A DNA stretch of 64,000 bases from assembly GCA_004431415.1 (NCBI GenBank), contig QPMI01000455.1, positions 1 through 64,000 of the forward strand, read 5' to 3'. The first letter of the stretch is position 1; each line of letters opens with the position of its first letter. The notes below the pieces were generated by a model. That model did no database searches, was not told the origin of the DNA, and saw only the letters and a list, made by a program, of their open reading frames with translations. The position numbers were made by a program, and so were the translations under genes. Below, in pieces: positions 1 to 9,186 of this stretch. Source of the DNA: Cyanophora paradoxa CCMP329. Taxonomy: Eukaryota > Plantae > Glaucophyta.

Positions 1-743
1 CGAGATCCGAGGCCGTCGTGGTCCACAGCAGCGGCGAGCAAGCTCACTAGCTCGGCTGCGGCGATTCCGGAGACAGCTCGGGCGCGCACGCCTCAGCCGT
101 CGATCCGATCGCTCTTCGTCTTGTCCAGCACGATCGCAACAGCCGGAGAAGGCTGGCGTCGCGGCGAGTGACTAGCGACCGATCAGGAATGATCCACGGG
201 CTCGCACGCAGCTCGCTCAGGAAACGGCGACGATCCGATCGGGACGGGGATCCCTCGGTATTCGCGCGCGTTCCTGGATCCGCAGGACTAAGTTCTGGTT
301 CTTTCCAGAATGTTCGGTCGCCAACTGCGGATCAGCCCGGAGCGGCGCAGGCGGGGCGCGAGAAGCGACCCACGACCTCTGCTGAGGTCTACCTGCGCGC
401 CGGCTGAGCCGCGGTCGCCGAGCTGGGTCGGTTGCTGATGACGGGTCGCTGATGATCGGGGTTCTGGCTCCGTGAGCAGATGGCGCCTGTCGGATGAGAG
501 GATTCCCACCCGGTGCAGCGTCCGTGCGGTCACGCACGGGCTGGGGCTGTAGCTGGGAGCACAAGTGGTCTATTCACAAGTGTACCCGTCCAGGGATCGC
601 GTACCCCCAAACGGAGTCGCGCCCGGCGCTAAGTCAGAATACAGAGAGTGCTAGAGCTAGCTGCTCGATAGCACTAGACTAGGGCTAGCGGCTACGCATA
701 GACTGCCGGCTAGCCTAATCCGAGGGAATCGCGGCACGCGACA
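1..743. other. GC-rich segment of unknown identity, probably the end of a retroelement inserted into the PLV-A integrase
   Basis: Sharp composition change at ~745. The segment ends ...GCGACA (LTR-like CA) and abuts a 5'-truncated integrase. No convincing ORF. Confidence 0.35.
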
Positions 744-745
744 AG

Positions 746-1429
746 ACGGATCAGGAATTCAAGGCTACAGCTGCAACTATGCTAGCAGCCGAGGGGATAA
801 AGCACAATGCTGTCGAGGCGCATCGTCCGCAGGCAAATGGAAAGGTAGAGCGCTTTAATGGTACTCTGAAGCGGATCATTGCAAGATACATGGAGGCGTA
901 CGACACCGACCGATATATCGATAAGCTGCCATCCTTTCTGCGCAACTATAACAGCTCCGAGCATAGAGCTATTAAAACTACGCCTGATGAGGCAGCAAAG
1001 AACCCAGCACCTGTTATTGCAAGAAACGATTATCAGAGAGAGGCGTACGAGCAGCAGCACTATCTGAAAGAGGCCGAGTTCAAGGTAGGAGACTCTGTGC
1101 GCGTAAAGCTGGCGAGGAACACGTTTGATAAATCAACGAAGCCGACGTACTCAAAAGAAGTCTATCAGATTGAAGCTATAGGAGGATTTGGCCCTCTGCT
1201 CAAGTTCAAGCTTGCTGGATACGACAAGGAGGTGAGCTACCAGCAGCTGCTGAAAGTGCCAGCAGAGACAGAGCAGCGGCGGGCTGGAAGTGCTGCACAG
1301 AATGCCCTTCGCCGTCGAAAGCAGGAGCTGAATTTGATGCAAGAGAATCTGGACAAGTCAGACATCGAAAAAATAAGAGACTTCTCCGGGTTCAAAAGCA
1401 GCTGCTTACTGCTGGAACCAAGGCGTTAA
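746..1429 (+). pseudogene. rve/DDE integrase (Polinton type), 5'-truncated
   Basis: TDQEF...HRPQANGKVERFNGTLK...NYNSSEHRAIKTTP, FKVGDSVRV. The first catalytic Asp region is missing. Confidence 0.85.
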
Positions 1430-1513
1430 ATCCAGGAGGTTCGACAGCTCGGTGGTACACGTCTTTTGAAAATGCGAAGGCCTCTTATTCTGCGCCCAGC
1501 AACACGAGGACAC

Positions 1514-1792
1514 TTAGACCGAGACGCTGATTCCAGCGGAAGCTAGGGCACTCTCAAGTACAGAGATTCGATTTATCAACCGAGTGCGATAGCGCTTGTT
1601 TGCCTCGTTGTGAGCATCTTTGTGCGAAGCCTGATATCTGCTGCTCTGCTCAATGTGTCTCTGGCGATATGCAGGGTCCTCGCTGTATTTTCTGCGGTGG
1701 TACTCTGCTTTCTTCTCCCTTCTTGCTTGAATAATCTCTGGCGTAAGAGCAATCGGTTTGCGCCCTGGTTTGCGACGCTGCGCTGACTCCAT
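1514..1792 (-). CDS. Small basic putative DNA-binding protein
   Basis: RRKPGRKP, basic helical body, YSEDPAYR resembling YREDPAYR in ORF 27228-27473. Confidence 0.6.
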   Translation of the reverse strand: MESAQRRKPGRKPIALTPEIIQARREKKAEYHRRKYSEDPAYRQRHIEQSSRYQASHKDAHNEANKRYRTRLINRISVLESALASAGISVSV

Positions 1793-1879
1793 TTCCCTCT
1801 TTCATTTAAGGATCTAAATTATTTAAGCGGTATAAATCGCGCTAGAATCACGAGATTTATTTCTATCTTTTAAAGCATC

Positions 1880-2209
1880 ATGGAATCGCCGCTGCGCCTG
1901 ACAATACTGAGAATTGGGAAATACAAAGGGCATACACACCTTGAAGTTGCTTTCAGAGATCCATCATATGCTCACTGGCTGTGTCGATGGGCCAGGCTAA
2001 GTGATTATGATCGCGCTCAGTTTGTCAAGGCATCCAAGCTAATCCGAGAGACAAAACCAGACATTATGTGGGGATTGTACAAAAAAGAAAGAGCTGCTAG
2101 GATTGCTCAGGCTGCAGCCCAAAATTCTACGCAGCCACAAAATGTGGAGTTATCACCAGCAGATGACCTTGATCTGGACTTATCAGAGGCGGATGCGCCG
2201 GGCTTTTGA
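1880..2209 (+). CDS. Small protein with a GKYKG...P.Y..W motif (DUF3820/ExoX C-terminal-like)
   Basis: IGKYKGHTHLEVAFRDPSYAHWL. Confidence 0.6.
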   Translation: MESPLRLTILRIGKYKGHTHLEVAFRDPSYAHWLCRWARLSDYDRAQFVKASKLIRETKPDIMWGLYKKERAARIAQAAAQNSTQPQNVELSPADDLDLDLSEADAPGF

Positions 2210-2256
2210 ACTCTGAACTAGGCTTAAAGAGATCGCAATCTCAGATTGTAAAGAAA

Positions 2257-2817
2257 ATGGAGGTCACAATTCCAGAAGGCGCTGTTGCTATCCCGCTTGG
2301 TGGTATCCGGAATCATCGTCGAGTAATTGTTGCCTACGCACTAGTAAGTCAGGATGATGCTGAGCGCGTGCTTGGATTTCGCTGGCGTTTAGATAAAGGA
2401 TATGCTCGCGCTACTATAAATGGAAAGACCGTGTATTTGCATAACTACATTAGTGGTGATCTCGAGAACGGGTTAACCGTTGATCATATAAATCTGAACA
2501 AGCTTGACAATCGTCGCGAGAATCTACGTTTGGCAACGAAGCGACAGCAGAATTTGAACCAAAACCGGCGGGTCACAAACACATCAGGTTTTATTGGTGT
2601 TAATTTCCATCAGCAGCATGGTACATGGCGGGCGCGTTACAGGATCAATGGCCGTCAAAAGCACATTGGTTACTTTACAACCGCAGAAGAAGCTGCTCGT
2701 GCCCGTGATGCCTACGCTCTAGAACATACCAGTGAAGATGATAAGTCGTTCTTGCGGCTGAATTTTACAAACGAATCCTCCGTCCACCCATCGCATTCTT
2801 CATCTGTGAGCTCGTAG
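2257..2817 (+). CDS. HNH-AP2 homing endonuclease
   Basis: VDHINLNKLDNRRENLR (HNH) followed by NTSGFIGV...WRARY...IGYFTTAEEAARARD (AP2). Confidence 0.9.
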   Translation: MEVTIPEGAVAIPLGGIRNHRRVIVAYALVSQDDAERVLGFRWRLDKGYARATINGKTVYLHNYISGDLENGLTVDHINLNKLDNRRENLRLATKRQQNLNQNRRVTNTSGFIGVNFHQQHGTWRARYRINGRQKHIGYFTTAEEAARARDAYALEHTSEDDKSFLRLNFTNESSVHPSHSSSVSS

Positions 2818-3397
2818 AATTTGGTTCAGAGACATAAGGTGATGCAGTTTTAACCTCGGCAGAATCAAGCGATTGCTCTGCCTTTATTTTTTCATTTTTC
2901 AAATAGCGTAAATCTGGTACGTCCATAGGTCTGTGCTTAAACATCTCGCTTCGCAACATATCGCGGATCTTTGCTCTCTCTTGCTTGTCTTTTACATACG
3001 ATTCGATATTAGCTGATCGAGCCTCGAGATCTCGCAATTTAGCTGTTAGTTCCTCGATCTGACTCTTTGATACTGTTGGTTGTTTAATCTTCGGGCCAGA
3101 GTACCACGATTCGCTAGCCATTGCTTGTATAATTCTAGCAGCATCATTGTCGATATCGGACTGCATTTCAGTAACAGTTTTAGCCTGTGCGTGACGGTCA
3201 TCAATCGCACTGGCATTAGCAGTTGCCGAGGCAATCATTTTAGCAACGGGTGCATTAAGACGTGGGTCACTAGCTAGTTCACCGCTAGGAGCAGCAACAG
3301 CTGCGCCCTCTGTCGCACCACTTTCGATGAGGGGGGCGTTTGGCTCTGGAAGCACCCTTCGTTCACGAAAACCCTTTCTTGGAATCCCACGGGGCAT
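2765..3397 (-). CDS. Conserved PLV protein, possible core protein; homologue of 27752-28486
   Basis: Shared E.TAKL.DLEA.S...E.YV..K.ERAK...MLR.E block, same position next to the ATPase. Confidence 0.7.
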   Translation of the reverse strand: MPRGIPRKGFRERRVLPEPNAPLIESGATEGAAVAAPSGELASDPRLNAPVAKMIASATANASAIDDRHAQAKTVTEMQSDIDNDAARIIQAMASESWYSGPKIKQPTVSKSQIEELTAKLRDLEARSANIESYVKDKQERAKIRDMLRSEMFKHRPMDVPDLRYLKNEKIKAEQSLDSAEVKTASPYVSEPNSTSSQMKNAMGGRRIRL

Positions 3398-3406
3398 CTT
3401 CTGTTC

Positions 3407-4156
3407 TTAAGCTAAGATTTTAAAACGCTTCTTTTTAGAGACAACAGGCGAAGACTCTTCTTTTTTAGACTCTTCTTCTTGTCTTAGCCACTTTGTAAAG
3501 CGAAAACTCTTATCTTCAATCGCTTTATCAATATACCAGGCAGTATCATACTTTGTTCCATCAAGGACTAGACACTGATAATCGTGAGCCCAAGTTTCGA
3601 ACAAGGCTAAGAACTCATCCTTTGGGAGATGACTGAACTCTCTATAAATTGCCTCAAGTTCGGTGTGATTTGAATAACTAAAGAAAAAGCAGTAATCGCT
3701 GTTTGATCTTATCGATTGACTTAATGCTGTTAGCTTTTGCGTCATAAGAATCGTACTGATATTAAAATGGCGCCCCTGCGTAAAAAGTCGATTTACAGCT
3801 TTGCTGTTTCGCAGATCCACGGTTTCAGAGGCGGCGACAAGATCATCCAAGACAAGCAATATCTGCGGCGCTTTCTTTTTGTTTTCGATCAACTTGCGCT
3901 GTGAATCAATGATCTCTGCAACAATGGAGGGCTGAAAGTCGTCGTAAAGCTCTTTAGTTATTGATGAATACTCTCCATTGAATTTTGTGGCCGTAAACAC
4001 GACGACTCGGTTAATCTTTGGATACAGCAGCCGCAGCAGATGCTTGGTGCAATAGAAAGACTTGCCGCTATTAGACTTCGAAATAAACAGGGCCTTAAAT
4101 GGGACCCTCATTTCTTCTGGCTGGAACTTTGCGAGTTCTTGAGACTCATCCATCAA
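3407..4156 (-). CDS. A32/FtsK-like genome packaging ATPase
   Basis: Walker A SKSNSGKS, Walker B LLVLDDL, GRHFNISTILMTQ. Confidence 0.9.
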   Translation of the reverse strand: MMDESQELAKFQPEEMRVPFKALFISKSNSGKSFYCTKHLLRLLYPKINRVVVFTATKFNGEYSSITKELYDDFQPSIVAEIIDSQRKLIENKKKAPQILLVLDDLVAASETVDLRNSKAVNRLFTQGRHFNISTILMTQKLTALSQSIRSNSDYCFFFSYSNHTELEAIYREFSHLPKDEFLALFETWAHDYQCLVLDGTKYDTAWYIDKAIEDKSFRFTKWLRQEEESKKEESSPVVSKKKRFKILA

Positions 4157-4201
4157 AAAATTAAGTACTGATATTCGCAGGCGAACACAACCGCGACCGC
4201 A

Positions 4202-4251
4202 GGCGAGTCAGCTTGGCGCAGCGGTCGCTGCTTGTCTGCGACTCTGGCGAC
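4202..4251 (-). repeat. 50-bp GC-rich direct repeat, copy 1, just 3' of the MCP stop
   Basis: 49/50 identical to 5698-5747. Contains a GTCGC...GCGAC stem. Confidence 0.9.
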
Positions 4252-4258
4252 ACTTCGA

Positions 4259-5647
4259 CTAGAGGTTCACCTTGCGAAGGCCCGCGGCATCAACAATTAG
4301 GACAGTGTGCAGAAGAGCGCGAATTTGGACGTAAATCTTGTTGTTTGCATCGTATGCAGCAGGGTTCATGATATTAAGGAAGCAGCTGCTGCTGTTGGTG
4401 AGATCCACGAAACCTGTTTGAGCTGCATTGCGGATAGCCTTCTGGCCGTCTACACAGAATGGCAGGCCAGTCAAGACGTACCGATTGAGAGGAGCATCCA
4501 GATTAGAGCATTTGAAGACATCAGCGAGAAGCTCAGCACCTTGCAGCAGGGGAACAGGCTCGTTTGAGTACAACCTCTGGCCATTCAATTCGCAGGAAAT
4601 AGTGATATCACGAGTATTCGCCTCGGTTTTGAGGACACTGTGTTTTCCGTCAGTTTGGTTCATGTTTGGCTGCTTGCGAATGCTAACGAACAGACCGTAG
4701 CAAAGTCCACTGATTTGAGACAGATTAATCCGGGTGGGCGCACCCGCACCTGCATAGGTAATTGAATCAGCATCAACCCAACCAACTTCAGTTGCAGGAA
4801 TGGCAATCCCCGAAGATTTGACTTTCTCAATCACCTGGGCAAAAGTGGCCTCATCAACGTTGATGCAGTGAGCTATAATCTTCGGATTCGAAAGCTCGGG
4901 TTTTTCAGGAGTGACAGTGAGGACATTGGGAGTTATATTCTGGCCAATGTTTGCAGGGGATGCAGCGGCAGCACCTACGCTTCCGAGGCCATCATCTTTA
5001 GAGGCATCACCGTTTGCGGCATATGCTGCTACAAACCTACCACCATAGCTGGTCTCAACGAAGCCCTGGGCACGATCACGGAACCAAACCTCGACAGACA
5101 CCTCGCCAGAAAGAGCACCAATCGGGAGCACAGAACCCTCCCATGGACAGGGGATTTTTACACTGAAAATACCTCCAGTGCGATTTGTCCCCTGAGGTGG
5201 TGTTCCATGTAGCCAGCCACCTGACCGGTATTTCTTTTTGAGCTGAGCATCGTCATTGAAAATCAGAGCGCTGTGAACAAGCCAGTCCTCAGGGACGATG
5301 TAGCTGTAGGAAGCATATTTGATTTCAATTCGCTTTACAAGAGCACCAACAGACCGCAGATAACCAGTGCGAACCAGGTCAGTGTCACCAGTAAAAGCAG
5401 TCAGCTCGGGCAGGGTAAACTGGAGTTCAAGCCCCTGAAGGAAATTGTAACGGGGCAGGAAATAAGTAACCCTCTTTCCGAAGCAGTCTCCATAGTCATT
5501 GCTAGGGTTGACAACAACGCGCACAGGCTTTGTTTGGCTGGTTAGACCTAACATAAGCTCGTTATTCATAAAGAAATCCTTAGCTTCCTGCGGAGTTGTG
5601 AGCAGCTCCTTTAGACCAAGACGTTGCAAGTTTTGGGTAACATCCAT
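4259..5647 (-). CDS. Major capsid protein (double jelly-roll, NCLDV-like pattern)
   Basis: 462 aa next to the ATPase. FGKRVTYFLPR..L..LELQFTLP, LVKRIEI, IPCPW...LPIGAL..EV.VEV.FR, ELNGQRL. Confidence 0.8.
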   Translation of the reverse strand: MDVTQNLQRLGLKELLTTPQEAKDFFMNNELMLGLTSQTKPVRVVVNPSNDYGDCFGKRVTYFLPRYNFLQGLELQFTLPELTAFTGDTDLVRTGYLRSVGALVKRIEIKYASYSYIVPEDWLVHSALIFNDDAQLKKKYRSGGWLHGTPPQGTNRTGGIFSVKIPCPWEGSVLPIGALSGEVSVEVWFRDRAQGFVETSYGGRFVAAYAANGDASKDDGLGSVGAAAASPANIGQNITPNVLTVTPEKPELSNPKIIAHCINVDEATFAQVIEKVKSSGIAIPATEVGWVDADSITYAGAGAPTRINLSQISGLCYGLFVSIRKQPNMNQTDGKHSVLKTEANTRDITISCELNGQRLYSNEPVPLLQGAELLADVFKCSNLDAPLNRYVLTGLPFCVDGQKAIRNAAQTGFVDLTNSSSCFLNIMNPAAYDANNKIYVQIRALLHTVLIVDAAGLRKVNL

Positions 5648-5697
5648 TGAAGTGTTTATAATTCAAATGGAAGAAAATAATTCGGATCGTAGCCGCC

Positions 5698-5747
5698 GGC
5701 GAGCCAGCTTGGCGCAGCGGTCGCTGCTTGTCTGCGACTCTGGCGAC
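5698..5747 (-). repeat. 50-bp GC-rich direct repeat, copy 2, just 3' of the penton-like gene stop
   Basis: Matches 4202-4251. Confidence 0.9.
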
Positions 5748-6704
5748 TCAGTTTGACGAATTGATCCAAGGATATGTCTTTGACCTTTTCTGGAGCTGAA
5801 GCTTGGCGAGCTCGTAGACAACATCACCATTGGGTTCATCTGGGCCATAACGAATTTCGAGTATAAATGAGACAGGACCTCCATTTAAATCAGCAATTCG
5901 CTGCATAAAATCGTAAATCTCAATAGTCACAGAGTAGAGGTCCAGCTTTGAATAAATATACTTGTACAAAGGATGTGCTTCAGTTGAATCATAGTATGCT
6001 ATCTCGCCTGGACGAAGGACACTTGGAATGCTCAGCTTCGAGAAGAAGCCAGGTATTGACGTGTTCGGCATACTGACAAGGTCGCCAATTTCAGGAATTC
6101 GTAGGAGCACATGATCATCAGGAGTGACATCAGGCTCATAAGCGCCTGCTATATATTCAGTATTTATAGATAATGTCTTTGACCGAATTGGTAGAATTGA
6201 TCTCAGCCCTAGAAGCTTTGCAGTTCGCTGAGCCCTTGCAACGGCCTGGTAGTTTCTGACTTCCCGCCCACCCTGGTTCGTTGGCAACATCAGAGCAATA
6301 AAGAACTCGAAGTTAGCTGTGAACCCTATTAATTTGATCGCTGAATTATACGTGCACGTGATACCTGTTCCCGTCAACCTTTCGTTTATCTCTGTCACAA
6401 GCGAGGTGACGTCGTAATTTCCAGGTGGAATTGCAATGTTATTCCACGCTCCAAAGCCGGCCTGAGGTGGGTCGGGTCCTTCATTAGTGGGATCATATTT
6501 GCACCAATATATATAGGTGTTAAAGACTAAATCCTCTGCCGGATCGAGTACATCAATTGTGCTCATTGTGTTCGGGATCTCAGCTGATACCAAGCGCACG
6601 GCTTTCACATCCTGATAAACTTTAGGCAGTCTTACTTTAAATTTCGAGGTGGATGTCAGCTCCTCCGCTTGGTGACTTGCAATGCAGACGTAGTCCGTAG
6701 GCAT
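5748..6704 (-). CDS. Minor capsid (penton-like) protein 1
   Basis: FKVRLP..YQDVKAVRLVSAEIPNT...IPPGNY...DLNGGPVSFILEI. Confidence 0.7.
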   Translation of the reverse strand: MPTDYVCIASHQAEELTSTSKFKVRLPKVYQDVKAVRLVSAEIPNTMSTIDVLDPAEDLVFNTYIYWCKYDPTNEGPDPPQAGFGAWNNIAIPPGNYDVTSLVTEINERLTGTGITCTYNSAIKLIGFTANFEFFIALMLPTNQGGREVRNYQAVARAQRTAKLLGLRSILPIRSKTLSINTEYIAGAYEPDVTPDDHVLLRIPEIGDLVSMPNTSIPGFFSKLSIPSVLRPGEIAYYDSTEAHPLYKYIYSKLDLYSVTIEIYDFMQRIADLNGGPVSFILEIRYGPDEPNGDVVYELAKLQLQKRSKTYPWINSSN

Positions 6705-6731
6705 CTTTTTTATATCAGTTAGAGAATAAAA

Positions 6732-7619
6732 ATGCGGCTTACCTTTGACAGCAGAGACAGAAGGCCAATCGATTCAGAGGCAAACTTTGTGCTCGAAATA
6801 AATGAGCCTATAATCAATCCAGTTGCTGTGCGACTTACCCAGTGTGAATTCGCAAACAGCCTTTACACCAGCATTAAAGATGAGTATCTTTCGATCACTT
6901 TTCCCTACATTGGGGCAGAAAATCTGGCGGTTTTTGAGCCAGGTATAATTACGACTGCAAATCTGGGCGAAACAGATCTTTACAACTTTGGCCTATCGTT
7001 TAATATTAGGCAAGAAGGGATTTCAATTGCGTATTTTAAACTATTTCGAGACCCAGAGACGTTGAAAATGTCTGCGTATTGCAACCGTTCCTGCACACTG
7101 TCCTGCCAGTTCAAAGCTTTATCGAATCTGCTCGGGCTGAACCGAAATGAGCCCCTCCAGCTGTCTCCTATTGTGCTTGAAGGGCCGCAAAGACCAGCAA
7201 CTGCAGCTGAGCGGTACCTCGAGGTTGCTGGCATTCCAGTGACACCTGCTCACCCTGAGTATGGCGTGGATTTCACCGGAAGAATGCAGAGTATAGCACT
7301 TGGTTACGCGGTCGAATTTCCAAAGATAATCGACATGAACAGCGACCAGTACCTCTTCCTTGTCTGCGAAGAGCTACGGCCGTTTGCTTCAAAGCTTCGC
7401 CGTGGGGCTAAATCAATGTGTAATTACGGGCTCGCTCGAATCCAGATGAGCCAGGATGTTGGCAAGTTCGTTTATATAAATCAGGAAACTGAAGAATGGA
7501 TCCCCATTGAAGAACGCCTGGTGCTGACCTCTTTGCGACTGCGCATTGTCGACAGGGATGGTGATGACGTCTCTCTGAATGGCCTGCCTTGGTCTGGCGA
7601 ACTGCAATTTTTAGTTTAG
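6732..7619 (+). CDS. Minor capsid (penton-like) protein 2
   Basis: FDSRDR...NF.L.I.EPI.NPVAVRL...IVDRDG..VSLNGLPWSGELQF. Paralogue of 5748-6704. Confidence 0.7.
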   Translation: MRLTFDSRDRRPIDSEANFVLEINEPIINPVAVRLTQCEFANSLYTSIKDEYLSITFPYIGAENLAVFEPGIITTANLGETDLYNFGLSFNIRQEGISIAYFKLFRDPETLKMSAYCNRSCTLSCQFKALSNLLGLNRNEPLQLSPIVLEGPQRPATAAERYLEVAGIPVTPAHPEYGVDFTGRMQSIALGYAVEFPKIIDMNSDQYLFLVCEELRPFASKLRRGAKSMCNYGLARIQMSQDVGKFVYINQETEEWIPIEERLVLTSLRLRIVDRDGDDVSLNGLPWSGELQFLV

Positions 7620-9162
7620 GTAACGTCCCCGGAAATCAAGCCGGAACGCATTTACATTTATAAATTCGTTTGTTATAATTTGCACATAGTTATACACCTG
7701 TGGGGTGATCAAGTGCGAGTCACTATGCATTAGATCGAAGCCTGTCATAGATGGGTTTGCAGCAAGCACATTTGCTAGGACCGTATTTTCAAATAGTGAC
7801 CCGTCTCGTAAATATCCTAAATTGGTCAGAATGCTGAAATTAAATAGGACTCCGGCGGCAAAGGCTGGCCCATACATAATTATTTGATGTAGCTCAAAAG
7901 GCTTGGAAAACTCGACTTTGATCCAGGGATTAGGTAATGTTCCCCCCTGAAACCCTGTAGAGTTGGGTCGCACATGTGCCGGAGGCAAGGCTGCCTCCTT
8001 GGCTGCCGCCCCCTTGGAACCCTGTTGAGTTAGGTCGAACGTGAGAAGGTGGGTGCAATTCCTCAAAGTCGTTGCTTGTGATGTTTGCATCTGGAATTAT
8101 AAACCAGTTGACATCAAATGGCGGCTCAACTGTTAAGGTAGAAGATATGATAAGTCTCTCATCGTTCAGGAGGTCGTAATTCGCCAGTAGAAAGCTACAG
8201 AGTGCATTTATTTTAGCATTTATTTCGGTTTGTTTCAGCCATAAATCAGTCGTGGAAATCAAATAAGAAATATTCGAAGGCGAGGCATCATCAAGCTTGC
8301 TCATGACTGCAGCTGGCAGCGGAACACTTAAGCGCCAGTATCTAGTTAGATTCCTATCTGCATCAACTGGAAGCAGCTCCTGCATTTGAAAGTGCGATTC
8401 CAGCTCACTCCCAGCCATTAGCATAGATATGATTGGGCTGCCTGAGAGGGATAGGATCCAGCCTAGGGCACCCCAGCCTGACGTCTCAGCATTTGAAAAG
8501 CCTGCAGTCAACTGTTCGCTGGCTTGGACCTCACCACAGCTTATGCTCACAAGAACAATTGGATCCTCTGCATCATAAATTTTGCTGGCGTGGCTGAGCG
8601 CAGCAACTGAGGGATTATTCAAACAGGCAATGGCCCCGTCAACCAGATTTTTGTCCCCTAGCACCTTCGGCGGAAAGAATGTAGGCGCTGCAGAAGATGC
8701 TCTAACTGCATCACGAATCAGTGTGCTTGAGTACGGCCCATCCTTGGTAAAAACTATGGGCTGCATCCGAACTGTATCAAAGGCTGTAATTAATATGTCT
8801 TTTGTCGATTCTGCAATTGTATAGTCCAGGGCAACGTCTGTAAGCACTGACTCTAGAGGGCTTGCATCGTAGCGGCTTCCTGAGAGCAAGCTCGTCAGTG
8901 ATCTCGGATTCGCAAATATTGCTGGTAGGTTCGTCTGATATAAACTGAAGATATCACCTGCTGAATACCGATAGGCGAGAACAGAGCCTGGGGTGGATGG
9001 GGTCGTCAAACCAGCCGCTATAATTGCCCCCGTCGAGGTGCCTGCAAAGAAATCGAACAGCTGTGGAATTGCTTTCCCAGTAATTGCCTCGATCCGCTGC
9101 AGAATTCGGGCAATGACTATGCCGCGAGCACCTCCACCTGATAGTGAGAGAATGACCTTCAT
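7611..9162 (-). CDS. Patatin-like phospholipase fused to a discoidin-like (F5/8 type C) domain, frameshifted at ~8010
   Basis: LSGGGARG, GTSTG, SSAAPTFF, VDGA. The C-terminal frame 7611-8090 aligns with the discoidin domain of the PLV-B homologue. Confidence 0.85.
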
Positions 9163-9186
9163 TTTTAAAAGGAGGCTTATATAAAA

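Noticed and set aside
7945-8045. Conserved programmed frameshift between patatin and discoidin in both A and B
   Set aside because: The shifts are in opposite directions, and in A it coincides with a local duplication of HVRPNSTGFQGG.
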